A DNA stretch of 64,000 nt from Nitrospirota bacterium (lineage in GTDB: Bacteria > Nitrospirota > Nitrospiria > Nitrospirales > NS-4). A program made the translations under genes and the position numbers. Shown in pieces: positions 42,227-53,959 of the stretch. The DNA is taken from the NCBI GenBank assembly GCA_963788195.1, contig CAWBGA010000002.1:64001-128000 (forward strand), read 5' to 3'. The notes below the pieces were generated by a model. It did not search any database. It was not told the origin of the DNA and was given only the letters and a program-made list of their open reading frames with translations. Numbering within the stretch: the stretch's first letter is position 1; the number at the start of each line of letters is the position of its first letter.

Positions 42227-42786
42227 GGCACGAAAGTCATTTTACGTCGGTGAGCCGGTGACAGGAATGGGCCGGACGCGAGCGCGCACCGACCTTCCCT
42301 CTTCAAATCGTCCAGGATCCTGTTGAGTTTATCCTGCGTCAGCGATTCGTAATAATCGTCGTTGACCTGCATCATCGGCCCTGTCGCGCACGATCCCAGG
42401 CACTCCACTTGCTTTAAGGTGAAAAGCATATCCGAGGTCGTCTGACCTGGCCTGATCCCGATTTTCGCATCGATCCAGCGCAGCAGATCCTCCGCCCCGA
42501 CCAACCCGCACATGAGCGAGCGGCACACTTGCAAGTGAAACTTCCCGATCGGCTTGGGGTTGTACATAGTGTAGAACGAAATCGTCTGGTAGACCTGCGG
42601 CGGGGTCAGATCCAGCAAGGCGGCCACCTCGGCCATCGCTTCTTCAGAAACATACCCCTGATCTTCCTGGACGAGCCACAGCAGAGGGAGCAAGGCTGCT
42701 CGCTTGTTCGGGTAGCGCGCTAAAATCTCGGCTATTTTATCTTTGTGTCTTTCAGCCAACGACGCGTGTCCAGGTTTATTCATCAT
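42223..42786 (-). CDS. nuoE: NADH-quinone oxidoreductase subunit E
   Basis: SFYTMY, VCRSLMC, ECLGSC. Confidence 0.94.
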   Translation of the reverse strand: MMNKPGHASLAERHKDKIAEILARYPNKRAALLPLLWLVQEDQGYVSEEAMAEVAALLDLTPPQVYQTISFYTMYNPKPIGKFHLQVCRSLMCGLVGAEDLLRWIDAKIGIRPGQTTSDMLFTLKQVECLGSCATGPMMQVNDDYYESLTQDKLNRILDDLKREGRCALASGPFLSPAHRRKMTFVP

Positions 42787-44554
42787 CTATCTGTCCACTT
42801 CACCCATCACGACGTCATAGGTGCCGAAGATCGTGACAATGTCGGCAATGAGATAGCCGCGGGCCATATGATCGAAAGCCCCGAGATGCACGAAGGATGG
42901 AGAGCGAATCTTCAGCCGATAGGGGCGCGTCCCACCGTCACTTACAATGAAGAAACCTAGCTCGCCCTTCGCCGCCTTCCGAGGCGCAATACGTTTCACC
43001 CTTCGGGACCTTGAAGCCCAGCGTATAAATGATGAAGTGGTGAATATGGCTCTGCATGTCCCGCATCACTTCTTGTTTCGGAGGCGGCACCACCTGGGGG
43101 ACGTCGGCGATGATGGGCCCGGACGGCATTTGATCCAAGCACTGCCGAATAATCCGCGCGCTCTGGCGCATCTCCTCCAGCCGGACCCAATATCGGTCGT
43201 AGGTATCGCCGTTCTTACCGATAGGCACTTCCCAGTCAACTTTGTCATAAGCGCCGTAGGGTTCTGCCTTGCGGACGTCGTACGGGACCCCGGATCCTCG
43301 AAGCACTGGTCCGGTGACGCCGAAATTCACGGCGTCTTGCGCGGAGAGCACCGCAATGTTCTTGGTGCGCGACAGCCAGATGCGGTTTGTGCGAAGCAGT
43401 TCATCGTATTCCAGCAGATGTGCAGGAAACGACTCGAGAAAGGCGTGAAGTCGCTCAACCAGGTCCGGGGTAAAATCGGTGTCAACTCCGCCGATGCGAT
43501 AGTAATTCAGGGTCAGCCGGGCGCCGCAGAGTTTCTCAAACATGTCCAACAGGACTTCGCGCTCGCGAAATGTCCAGAAGAAGACCGTCATCGCGCCGAT
43601 GTCCAGGGCCTGGGTCCCCAGCCAGAACAGATGACCGATGATCCGCTGCATCTCGGCGACGATGGTGCGGATGTACTCGGCGCGTTCCGGGATCGTAATG
43701 TTGAGAAGCTTTTCCACGGCACGAACAAAAGCATAGTTGTTGAGCATCGAGCACACGTAATCTAACCGGTCGGTATGAGGGATGATCTGTTGGTAGGTCA
43801 GGGCCTCGCACAGTTTCTCGACGCCCCGGTGCAGGTAGCCCACGTCCGGCGTGGCCTTTATTACCCTTTCGCCTTCCAGTTGCAGAACCACGCGCAGCAC
43901 CCCGTGGGTGGCCGGATGCTGAGGTCCCATGTTGAGGAGTAACTCGCTTTCCCGAGGGACTGGCTTGGCGTCTTTGTCGAGGCCTTCCGCCTCCAACAAG
44001 AAGGGTCGTTGCTGATCAGCGGAGATCTCGCCTGCCGGAAGCGATTCGGGTAACTCGTCCAGCCGGGGGAGGAAGGGGAAGGTTGCGCGCCATCCCTTGC
44101 CTTCGACCGGGAAGTCTTTGCGCAATGGATAGCCCTCATCATAATCTTCAGGCATCAAGATGCGGCGCAGATCAGGATGGCCCGCAAACCGGATGCCCAT
44201 CATGTCGTAGACCTCGCGCTCGAGAAAATTGGCTCCGCTCCAAATTGGGGTCAGCGTTGGCAGAATGGGATTTTCCTCCGGCACACGGACTTTCACGCGC
44301 AGGCGGTGATTATGGGGCAAGGACTTGAAGAGATAAATAATCTCAAACCGATCCTCGTCCTCCGGGTAGTCCACGGAACAGATGTCGCTCAGCATGTCAA
44401 ACGCAGCCTCATGATCGTCATGCAAGAATCGTCCGATTTCGGGAAGGGCATTCGGCTTGACCTGAGCGACAAGGTCTTCGTACGGTCCTTCCTCGCGCAC
44501 CGCAAGGACATCGTCGGGAAACCGGTCCTTGAGTCTGGTGAGAAGGGCATGCAT
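42787..44554 (-). CDS. nuoCD: Fused NADH-quinone oxidoreductase subunit C/D (frameshift near 42975)
   Basis: [26 protein letters not shown] followed in frame by [23 protein letters not shown], and after the shift GEVDR. Confidence 0.94.
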
Positions 44555-44556
44555 GC

Positions 44557-45036
44557 TTATTTCACCAGCACTTTTTCGAGCATCATTTTTTTCTGCAGTT
44601 TTAAAAGGCCGTCGAGGAGAGCCTCGGGACGTGGCGGGCATCCGGGGACATAGACGTCCACCGGCAGGAATTGATCGACGCCCTGAACCACACTGTAGGA
44701 GTTATAGTGGTTGCCGGATGTTGCGCAGGAACCCATGGAGATGACGTAACGAGGCTCGGGCATCTGATCGTAAATTCGCCGAATGACGGGCGCCATCTTC
44801 CGGCATACGGTGCCCGCGATGATCATGAGATCAGATTGTCTGGGCGAGGCCCGGAACACGCCCGCTCCAAACCGGTCAATGTCATACCTCGAGGAGACCG
44901 TCGCGATCATCTCGATGGCGCAGCACGCCAAGCCGAAGGTCATGGGCCAAATCGACCCCTTCCGACACCAATTGATCAGGCCGTCGAGGTTCGTGGTGAT
45001 GATATTGGCGTCTAGTTGTCGGTCGATCAGTCCCAT
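44557..45036 (-). CDS. nuoB: NADH-quinone oxidoreductase subunit B
   Basis: [32 protein letters not shown]. Confidence 0.96.
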   Translation of the reverse strand: MGLIDRQLDANIITTNLDGLINWCRKGSIWPMTFGLACCAIEMIATVSSRYDIDRFGAGVFRASPRQSDLMIIAGTVCRKMAPVIRRIYDQMPEPRYVISMGSCATSGNHYNSYSVVQGVDQFLPVDVYVPGCPPRPEALLDGLLKLQKKMMLEKVLVK

Positions 45037-45089
45037 ATGGTTACTCTGCTATCCTGAGCGCCAGCGAAGGATCTTAAATTGACCTGCGG

Positions 45090-45458
45090 CTAATCCCATT
45101 CCAGAGCGCCCTTCTTCCACGCGTAGAAATAGCCGACAAGAAGGATGGCAATAAACAGCAGCATCTCGACCAGCCCGAAGAGTCCGAGCTCATTGAAGAC
45201 GATGGCCCAGGGGTATAAAAACACCGTTTCGATATCAAAAATGACGAACAACATGGCAATAATATAATAACGCATCGGGAACTTGGCGCGGGCGTCTGAA
45301 AACGTCGGCGACCCGCTTTCATAGGGCATCAGCTTCGCGTGATACGGCCGCGAGGGGCGCACGAGTGAACCGACCAAGAGAGAGCCGACCCCGAAGGCTG
45401 TCCCAGCCAGGATGAGAATCAGAATGGGAAGGTAGCTTTGAGGGACGAGCTCAGCCAT
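45090..45458 (-). CDS. nuoA: NADH-quinone oxidoreductase subunit A
   Basis: PYESG, FVIFDIE, WKKGALEW. Confidence 0.96.
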   Translation of the reverse strand: MAELVPQSYLPILILILAGTAFGVGSLLVGSLVRPSRPYHAKLMPYESGSPTFSDARAKFPMRYYIIAMLFVIFDIETVFLYPWAIVFNELGLFGLVEMLLFIAILLVGYFYAWKKGALEWD

Positions 45459-46653
45459 GCGCGGCTGCGCCCGAGTAGAGCGCGTCGAGGAGAAAAGGAC
45501 GTGATCTGAGGCCGTCCAAAGCGGGAGCAGCCATGCCTTTGTGTTGTACGAGACACTTTGAAGGTGGTTCCCATGCCGCCCGGCTGCAGCAGTCGTCGTA
45601 GATAGCCGGACTCCTTGGATTCGGGGTCCAAGCCGGCGAAAGCTTCCTCTATGCCGAGCCCCATCAGGAAGTGAAGCTGATTTGTAAAACCCGTGACCCC
45701 CAAGCCTTCTTGCTCGCCGATCAATGCCAAGCTCGTGAAATCGACATGTGCGGTGATGTCTTGTTGCCCGATCCTGACATATGGATTATCGGACACAGTC
45801 TCACGATAGTAGCAAAGCAGCGTGCCGTCTTTTCTGAGCGGCGAATAGAGATCGGACGCGGTATGGCCGTAATCCACGGTCAGCACAATACCCTTCGTGA
45901 GGCGCCGAGCAATCTGGCGCATCCAGTCAATACCTTCGAGGTTAACTTCGGCGCGCTGGCCGTCCTCCAGTCGGATGGCGAGCCGCTCAAAATAGTGTTG
46001 CACAGAAGGATCCACGGGGGGCGCTTCCACCTCGATGAAAGCCCCTGAAGCCGCAACCATCCAACGAAGATCTCGCGCAATCCCAAGGGTCGCTGTACAA
46101 CGCGATGAACGGGAAAGGCATCCACCAGTTCATTCGAAAGGATCACGCCGATGATCGAGTCGGGGGCAAGAGCGGCAAGGTCCGGAAGCCAGCGGACCGA
46201 AATACCGTTTTGGATAAACGGAAGCAAATGTTCCTGCTGCCGCCGCACCATGCCGGCGCTTCGTTCAATAATAAGGTATTGCAGTCGGTCTAGAAGGCCC
46301 GGGTGCTCGCGCTGCAAGGCCGCCAGCACATGGCCAGCGAGGGTCCCTCGACCAGCTCCCATTTCAAGGAGCGTGAAGACTCCGGTAGGCGCGATCACGG
46401 CGGCTGCCTGTGCGAGCTGTCGTGCGAGGAGATCGCCGTAGATCGGATGGACTTCTGAGCTTGTCCAGTAATCTCCGCCGGCTCCGATCACCGGGTCTGT
46501 GGTGTAGTACCCGAAATCCGGGTCATACAGCGCCGTCTCCATAAACTCCGCAAAAGTAATCGGCCCGTTCTGGTCGATCCGTGCGATCAACTTTTGAACA
46601 AGCTCGGGATGCCCGAGCTCCACCGTGGATTTGTCTGGGGATAAGAGTGCCAT
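45451..46653 (-). CDS. MidA/NDUFAF7-family SAM-dependent methyltransferase (2 frameshifts)
   Basis: GPITFAEFMETALYDPDFGYY, GDYWTS, LEMGAGRG, SNELVDAFPV, VDYG, GQQDITAHVDF, GMGTTFKV. Confidence 0.88.
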
Positions 46654-46665
46654 TTTGGAGGGCGT

Positions 46666-46694
46666 ACCATAGCGTAGGTCTTATGGTTAGTCAA
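46666..46694 (-). promoter_or_regulatory. sigma70 promoter of the methyltransferase-nuo operon
   Basis: TTGACT-N17-TATGGT on the minus strand, ending 12 nt before ATG 46653. Confidence 0.6.
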
Positions 46695-46862
46695 GCTGAA
46701 AGGCTGTGTCTAGACAATGAGTTAGCGACGTTTATCCTCCCAGGAAAGCCTCCTGCTGACATAAGCGCCGATAGGCCGAAAGACCTATGCTCATTTTTGT
46801 TGATTTCGCCTCGATTCCGGCAAAAGGTCTTGTTACCAGGGCCAGTGTTTCTAGACCTCAGC

Positions 46863-46890
46863 TCAAGTTAGCTTCTTAAAAAGCCGACAA
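46863..46890 (+). promoter_or_regulatory. Possible sigma28 (FliA) promoter
   Basis: TCAA-N16-GCCGACAA upstream of the FliK-like gene. Confidence 0.5.
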
Positions 46891-46950
46891 TCAGATCACG
46901 GAGAACTTTCCTTTGAAGTCATACATTTTCAAGTTATCGAAAGGATCGCC

Positions 46951-48514
46951 ATGGGCGGCCCCAATATAATCGGGCTGATCGGTCCGATTCTCCCGCCGCC
47001 TGGGCCTGGAGTAAACTCCGCGCCGAAGATCGCGGTGCCGATTGTCTTGGGCACGGAGAACGCGGTCATCGATGACCCTGTGGTCGACCTCCTCAAGCAA
47101 CTGCTGCCGGTGGACAGTCCTGTCGGAACCGTATTGGAAAGGTTTCGTGAGGCGATTGCGAGCTTACAGACTCAGCAGCCCACAAACGATGCCGCCGCGA
47201 AGCTCATCGCCCTTTTAAAAGCTTTGCCCATTGACTTGAAGACCGTCACCGGTGAACAACTTCGCTCGGCTATCGACCGCTTGGGGCTTCGCTATGAACC
47301 GATGTTACAGTCCGCATTTGCAGAGCACGCCCCTTTGGCCCTTCCCCAGTTGACCGCGCAGAACCTCAAAGCCGCATTGTTGACGCTGCTTTCTGGGTAT
47401 CAATCAGGCACCCCCGTCGATATCACCTTCTCAGCGATTCAGCGGGGAATTAGTCATTCTGCGGGATCCTCTACTGCAACTCCATTAAGCCGCCCAATAA
47501 CTCAGCCGTCGGGAGAAAATCTTGAAGGCGCTCTTTTGAAACAACTCCAGGCGCAATCCAGAGAAATGCTGGCAACTTCATCAAAATCCGATCCTCAGCA
47601 GCCCCCTAATACTGCTTCGCTGAAGGATCAGCCCCAGCCAGCGGCTAGGCCGGCACTGCAGGGTAATGCACTGGAGGAATTTCCGCAGACTGCGAACCCT
47701 GTTGTGGGGCGGGACATGGCCCCGGCGATGGCAAAACTCATTCAATCGACTCCGCAGGCGATCCCAGGCGGCAGCGTAGCGGACGATCCGGTGGCAAGCC
47801 TCAAGGCCATCGGAGCCGGCAATGAAGTCGAGAGGCTCGCCGGCCCCAAGGTCGTGGGGGCCGAGAGTGAAGTTGAACCGCTGATCAGCAGCATCAAAGA
47901 GTATTGAGCCTAAAACCCCTCAACTGGGTGAACAAATCACGAAATTCGCAGTGGGCAAGCTGCCTGCAGCGGACTTGCCTGTTCAGGCTGCAGATTCAGC
48001 GGCTCAATCCACAGGATTAACCGGCAAACAAGCAACTGATGTCCGCCACCAGGCTCACGAACTGTTATCCGTAATCGAGCGCACTCAGGTCTTAAACAGT
48101 GTGAACAGCGAACGGGGCGCGCCCTTAACCTTCCAAATCCCGTTCGTGTTGGACGGCCGCTCCTCTACGGCGGAGTTTTATGTGGACGGGCGGTCAGAGG
48201 AGGGCCGAAAAACCCCACCTGAAGAGCGCCATTACAGCGTTGTGGCGCTGCTGGACCTGAGTGAACTTGGGGCCTTGCGCGTTGATCTTGCGTTGCACAA
48301 AAAGCAGCTGTCGGTGAAGGTCACCGTCGAGCGCGAGGACACAGAAGTATTGGCCAGCCAGCTCCTACCAGAGCTCGCACACACTCTGGGCGAGCACGGT
48401 TTCGCTGTGGAGTTTCTCAGGTGCGAGCTCAAGACTGACGGTAGCGTCAGAGGTGAGGAACTGCGGGACCGGCCGCTTCCGGAGGGCGATGGGCTTATCA
48501 ATATTCGTGCTTGA
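46951..48514 (+). CDS. FliK-like (hook-length control C-terminal domain) protein, split near 47900
   Basis: Low-complexity P/A/Q-rich N-terminal part; C-terminal FQIPF...LLDLSELGALRVDL...ELAHTLGEHGF...INIRA; adjacent FlhB-like gene. Confidence 0.7.
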
Positions 48515-48596
48515 AGCGCTTTCTATTCCAACGTGTGATAGAGACGGAGAAAAGCCTGTCTGGGCAGCTGGGGCGGGTGGGGAAATAGGTGGAAAA

Positions 48597-48902
48597 ATGA
48601 TTAAACATCCCCGAAAAGGCGCAGTGGCGCTGCGCTATGAGCCGGAGAAGAGCTCATCCCCCCGCGTAACCGCACATGGCGAGGGGTTGATGGCGGAGCG
48701 TCTCATCGAAGAGGCCAAACGACACGGCATTCCCATCCGGGAGAATCCGGATCTAGTGGAAATCCTGCTCCAGTTGGATTTGGGACAAGAGATACCGCCG
48801 TCGCTCTACCAGGCCGTCGCCGAGACGTTGATCTTTGTGTACCGTCTCAACGAGGAATGGAAAAAAACCCACGCAATTGGAACCGGACGTCCGCTGCCAT
48901 AG
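48597..48902 (+). CDS. Stand-alone FlhB/YscU cytoplasmic-domain protein
   Basis: AVALRY..PRVTAHGEG..AERLIEEAKRHGIPI..EIPPSLYQAVAE. Confidence 0.88.
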   Translation: MIKHPRKGAVALRYEPEKSSSPRVTAHGEGLMAERLIEEAKRHGIPIRENPDLVEILLQLDLGQEIPPSLYQAVAETLIFVYRLNEEWKKTHAIGTGRPLP

Positions 48903-48904
48903 TA

Positions 48905-48973
48905 TCAAGACAGATTCCTTTTCCCATTGCACCCGCCCAGCCCTGAAATCTGCCAAGACAGATTTCTTTTCCC
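48905..48973. repeat. Family A palindromic repeat (reverse orientation)
   Basis: CCATTGCACCCGCCCAGCCCT + GAAATCTGCCAAGACAGATTTC (48945-48966). Confidence 0.8.
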
Positions 48974-49117
48974 CTACCAGGTCGTCGATACTTTGCAAAC
49001 GTCGCATTGCCATTTCCTGGGAGAATTAGGCCGGTCATCCTTCTCTTGTGTGGGACGGGCAACAGGCTGCATAGCTTTATGGCATCGTGGACATTTCGGA
49101 GGATTATAGTCGGTCAT
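48974..49117 (-). CDS. Small zinc-ribbon protein (47 aa)
   Basis: MTDYNPPKCPRCHKAMQPVARPTQEKDDRPNSPRKWQCDVCKVSTTW; CPxC and WxCxxC knuckles; GGGAG upstream. Confidence 0.62.
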   Translation of the reverse strand: MTDYNPPKCPRCHKAMQPVARPTQEKDDRPNSPRKWQCDVCKVSTTW

Positions 49118-49179
49118 CTGTCAGCTGCTCCCATATGTCAGTCGTCCAGAAAATAAGGTGCGACAGTCCCTTTCCCGGT

Positions 49180-50232
49180 TCAGGGGTTCTTTGCAATCGT
49201 CACCCGGTCTCCGCCCGCCGCCTTGGATCGATACATTGCCTCATCGGCTTTTGACATCAATTCTTGTTTTGATTTGGCATGGTCTGGAAAGCCCGCAATC
49301 CCAATGCTTGCGGTTAATTGCCGCCGCAGGCTGGCCCCTTCCCCAAAGGCATGCACTTGGATGGCTTTCCGCAGGCGTTCGGCGACCATGCGCGCCGTCG
49401 CCACGGTGGTTTCGGGAAGAATCACCACAAATTCATCACCACCGTACCGAGCCGGAATGTCCACGTCGCGCACGCTTTTACGCATGATCTGCGCAAGTTC
49501 AGTGAGGCAGAGGCTGCCTACAGGATGCCCATAGAGGGCATTGATCGCATTGAAATGATCGAGGTCCAGGAAGATCACCGCCACGGTCGAACGATAGCGG
49601 CTGCAGCGGCGAATTTCCCACTCAAGGGTCTGATCGAGATAACGGGCGTTGAACAGCCCCGTGAGCTCATCGGTAATCGCCAGATTCGAGACCTGCTCGA
49701 TCAATGACGCGTGCTCCAGCGCGATAGACGCCTGATGGGTCAGGCGAGCCAGCAGTTGAAGATCATCGCGAGTGAACTGGGCGCCGATTTTATTGAGCAT
49801 TTCTAATATGGCGACGGGCTTTCCTTTGCTCAGGATCGGTACACAAAGGATCGAACGGCTCTTCACGCTGGTCGCATCATCCACCTCGGGCAAAAATCGG
49901 GGGTCTGCCTGCGCGTCGCCGACGATGACGGGTTTGCCATGGGATGAAACCCAGCCGATGATTCCGTTTCCGGCCCGGACCCGAAGCCCCTTCAGGCCGT
50001 CCACTTTGGGGCCTCCGCACATCTCGAACACCAGATCCCGCGTTGCGGGGTCTACTAAAAAAAGAGACCACGCGCGGCAACGCACCATTGCGCGTGCTTT
50101 TTCGAGGATCGTGCGGAGCGCAGCTTTAGGCTCGCGGGAAGACGTAAGCGTTCGCGCGGTCTCGATGAAGAAACGCAGTTCTCGTTGACAGGCGCTAGGC
50201 GAAAGAATGTAGCTTCTTAAGAGCCGTGGCAC
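49180..50232 (-). CDS. GAF-GGDEF diguanylate cyclase
   Basis: GAF (GIIGWV..DPRF..SILCVPI), [16 protein letters not shown]; start uncertain. Confidence 0.9.
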   Translation of the reverse strand: MPRLLRSYILSPSACQRELRFFIETARTLTSSREPKAALRTILEKARAMVRCRAWSLFLVDPATRDLVFEMCGGPKVDGLKGLRVRAGNGIIGWVSSHGKPVIVGDAQADPRFLPEVDDATSVKSRSILCVPILSKGKPVAILEMLNKIGAQFTRDDLQLLARLTHQASIALEHASLIEQVSNLAITDELTGLFNARYLDQTLEWEIRRCSRYRSTVAVIFLDLDHFNAINALYGHPVGSLCLTELAQIMRKSVRDVDIPARYGGDEFVVILPETTVATARMVAERLRKAIQVHAFGEGASLRRQLTASIGIAGFPDHAKSKQELMSKADEAMYRSKAAGGDRVTIAKNP

Positions 50233-52914
50233 TTTTTGTATTTCTTACCGCTTCCGCAGGGACAAGGGTCGTTACGTCCGACCTTGTCTACCGCACGCCG
50301 AGCGGTCTTTGGTCCAGCCTCGTCGGCCGTCTCCTCACCCCGGTTCAGCGTCAAGGGTACAGCGCGCCTCGGTTCTTCGAGCGGACGCGGAGACTCACCT
50401 TGCACTACCTGAACGCGGAAAAGGTGCTCAAGCACGTCTCGTTTCATCCGGTCCATCATCCCGGCGAACATCTCAAAAGCTTCCCGCTTGTATTCGATTA
50501 AGGGATCCTTCTGCCCGTAGCCGCGAAGGCCTATGCCCTCTCTAAGACTGTCGATGCCTAACAAATGATCCTTCCAAAGGCTATCGATGGTCGCGAGCAT
50601 CACCCTTTTTTCCAGCAGCCGTAGCAGCTCTGCCCCCAGCTCCTGCTCCTTCTTTTTGTACGCTTCCTCGACTTTCTTGCGCAGTTCCTGGCTGTAAGGC
50701 CTCGAATCCGATGTCCTTGAAGTCAATCGAGCCGTCTTTTGATGTCGATGCCGAACTGGGCAAACGCCGCGTCGGCCAGGCCTTTGAGATCCCAATCCTC
50801 CTGATAGGCGCCTTCGGGACAGTAGACCGAGAGGAGCATCTTCAGCACTTCCTCCGTGCTTGAGCGGATCTCCTCTGTGAGGTCGTCGCCGCGCAAAATC
50901 ATTCGACGGCGCTCATAGACCACTTCCCTTTGCTTGTTCAGTACATCGTCATAGTCAAGGAGCTGTTTGCGAATTTCGAAGTGGTGGGCCTCTACTTTTT
51001 TTTGCGCGTTTTCAATGGCACGTGTCACCATGCCGGCCTCGATCGGCACCCCTTCTTCCATCCCGAGCTTCAGCATGATTTTCGAGATACGCTCCGACCC
51101 GAAAATGCGAAGCAGGTCGTCCTCAAGCGATAGATAGAAACGTGAGGAGCCGGGATCGCCTTGCCGGCCGGATCGCCCTCTCAATTGGTTATCAATGCGC
51201 CGGCTCTCGTGACGTTCCGTGCCGATAATATGAAGACCGCCGGCCGCGATCACTTCTTTTTTCTCAGCTTCGCACTCGGCCTCGATCTGAGCCTCTAATT
51301 TTGCCTGATCTTGAGCCGTCATCTCGGGGTCTGCGTATACGGCCTTCTTGAAGAGAAACTCGGGATTGCCCCCAGAAGGATGTCGGTACCGCGCCCCGCC
51401 ATATTGGTGGCGATCGTCACGCCGTCCTTGCGGCCGGCTTGGGCGATGATCTCCGCTTCACGCTCGTGGTGCTTGGCGTTCAGGACGCTATGCTTGATGC
51501 CCTGACGCAGCAGGAGGCCCGCGAGCCGCTCCGATTTCTCAATGGAGATGGTCCCGACCAAAGCTGGCTGGCCGCTTTGATGGCACTCCTTGATGTCTTC
51601 CACAATCGCGTTGAACTTTTCTTTCTCTGTGCGATACACGACATCCGCAAAGTCCTGCCGAATATTGGCCCGGTTGGTCGGCGCTACGACCACTTCGAGG
51701 TTATAGATTTTTGCGAACTCGCTGGCTTCGGTATCGGCCGTTCCCGTCATGCCGGCCAGCTTGTCATACATCCGGAAGAGGTTCTGGAAGGTGATCGACG
51801 CCAGCGTTTGGTTCTCGTTGGCGATCTTGACCGCCTCTTTCGCCTCCACGGCCTGATGCAACCCGTCCGACCACCGGCGTCCCGGCATCAATCGGCCGGT
51901 GAACTCGTCCACGATGATGACTTCCCCGTCTTTGACCACATAGTCCACATCGCGATGGTAGATAACATGCGCCCGAAGGCCTGAACCACATGGTGGACCA
52001 GGTTCATATTCGCGGGGTCGTAGAGGTTACTCACGCCGAGCGCCCGTTCCACTTTCTCGTTGCCCTCTTCGGTCAGTGCGGCGGTCTTTGTTTTCTCTTC
52101 AATCGTGTAGTGCTCTTCCCGCTTTAAGCCCGGAATGATGCGATCAATGCGGTAGTAGAGATCGGTGGAGTCTTCGGTCGGCCCCGAGATGATCAGCGGG
52201 GTGCGGGCCTCATCAATCAGGATGCTGTCCACTTCGTCCACGATCGCGTAATGCAACTCGCGTTGAACGCATTGATCGAGATCGGTCACCATGTTGTCGC
52301 GAAGATAATCGAATCCGAATTCGTTGTTCGTGCCGTAGGTGATGTCCGCGCGGTAGGCTTCATGACGGGTACATGGCCGCAGGTATAAGAGACGCTTGTC
52401 TTCCGGCTCATACGTCGGATCGAACAGGAAGGAGGTCTCGTGCTGAATAACCCCGACTGACAGTCCCAGCTAATGATAGAGGGGGCCCATCCATTGCGCG
52501 TCGCGCTTGGCCAGATAGTCGTTGACCGTGACGAGATGGGCGCCTTTGCCCTCGAGACCATTGAGGTAGAGCGCGAGCGTGGCCACGAGGGTTTTGCCTT
52601 CGCCCGTTTTCATCTCGGCGATCTTGCCCTCGTGCAGGATGAGGCCGCCGATCAATTGGACGTCGAAATGGCGCATCCCCAGTTGGCGCTTGGACACTTC
52701 GCGGCACACCGCGAAGGCTTCCGGCAGAAGCTCATCCAGGACGCCCCATCGGCCAGGCGCTTTCGAAATTCGTCCCTTTTCGCGCGGAGTTGTTGATCGG
52801 TGCGACAGAGAGATCGGGTTCCAGCGCATTGATCTGCGCCACGATTGGACGCATCCGCTTGATTTCACGCTCGTTTTTGCTGCCGAATATTTTTTTCAGT
52901 ACGAGATTGATCAT
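50217..52914 (-). CDS. secA: Preprotein translocase ATPase SecA (multiple frameshifts)
   Basis: [78 protein letters not shown]. Confidence 0.96.
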
Positions 52915-52960
52915 GAGATGAGCCCAGGTTGGTTCTTAGTATACTGAAAAACTTACGATA

Positions 52961-53625
52961 ATGAAACCCAAATCGGGACCAGCGAGTCGGCGAAGCGCCA
53001 TCGATTCACGAGCACGGCAATATCGGCATCTCCATCCTCATCCAATTATTCATTCTTCTTCTTGCCGGCTTTTTTGTCTGGGGTTCTCCCGCCGGCCTGG
53101 AAAGACTATGTCAAGGCCGGGCCATGGAAAACCGTGGCGGCCATCATCATAGGGCTGATGATCGTGGTCGCCATTACGAAGGATCTTCGCCGCCGCGAGC
53201 ACAAACAAGCGCATGTACGCGTCGCCAAAGTCTTCCGAGAGGCCACAGAGCCGGCGCTTCAGAAGCGGGCCGGGCTTTGGCTGATCGATCAAACCGGCGA
53301 TGTCCGGAAAGGCTGGCCGACGCCGGGCCCCACCTGTTCGATGTCTCCTTTGGATCATGAAGACTGACCCTGAAAAACTGGACCGCGCAAGGGCGGCAAA
53401 TGGCTTGGGCGTTCTTGGCGACTCCCGCGCAATTGAGCACTTCTGTTGGCGACGAAGGACGAGTATCCCTACGTAAGGGCCGAGGCGGCTTTCGGGCTCG
53501 GCCGGCTCAAGGCAATATAGGCCGAAAAACGGTTGCGGGAGTTGGCCGTGGATGATTGGGATGCAGGGGTTCGGGGTCGGGCAAAGGAAGCATTGGACTG
53601 GCTGGGCCGTCCTCTCGGGAATTGA
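52961..53625 (+). CDS. Membrane-anchored HEAT-repeat protein (several frameshifts and an in-frame TAG; sequencing error or pseudogene)
   Basis: Fragments ...ILIQLFILLLAGFF..., RARAANGLGVLGDSRAI, DEYPYVRAEAAFGLGRL, DWDAGVRGRAKEALDWL. Confidence 0.55.
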
Positions 53626-53650
53626 CACGATTTTTCGAAACCGCTACGAT
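53622..53650 (+). promoter_or_regulatory. sigma70 promoter
   Basis: TTGACA-N17-TACGAT, ending 9 nt before ATG 53660 (near-leaderless). Confidence 0.72.
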
Positions 53651-53659
53651 TAAATTGGT

Positions 53660-53959
53660 ATGAAAGGTAAAAAACCCATTGCCTGGACTCTTGCCGTTGC
53701 TGTGGTCCTTATCATCGGGACCACTACGGGCGGCGCGTTTACCCATGAGGTGCAACACGCGGCTCATCACACCGCCGGGATGCATGCCACGGGCATCTGT
53801 GCATGGATGTGTGCATCCGCGGGGGCAGTCATCGCACCTATGTTCCTTCCAGTTTCCTCCCCAATGGTTCAACAATCTGTACTTCCCCCGGCATGTCAAC
53901 CTGTCTCCCTGACTATTGCGAGTCGCCTCCAGGCTCGCGCGCCTCCAACTCTCGTCTAG
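53660..53959 (+). CDS. DUF2946-like secreted leader protein with CxxxC and C-terminal RAPP
   Basis: Signal/TM, HEVQHAAHH, CAWMC, Pro-rich linker, ARAPPTLV*. Confidence 0.75.
   Translation: MKGKKPIAWTLAVAVVLIIGTTTGGAFTHEVQHAAHHTAGMHATGICAWMCASAGAVIAPMFLPVSSPMVQQSVLPPACQPVSLTIASRLQARAPPTLV

Noticed and set aside
53518..53520. In-frame TAG in the HEAT-repeat gene as pyrrolysine or stop-codon recoding
   Set aside because: Lies in an error-dense stretch; TAG is used as a normal stop elsewhere; no pyl genes seen
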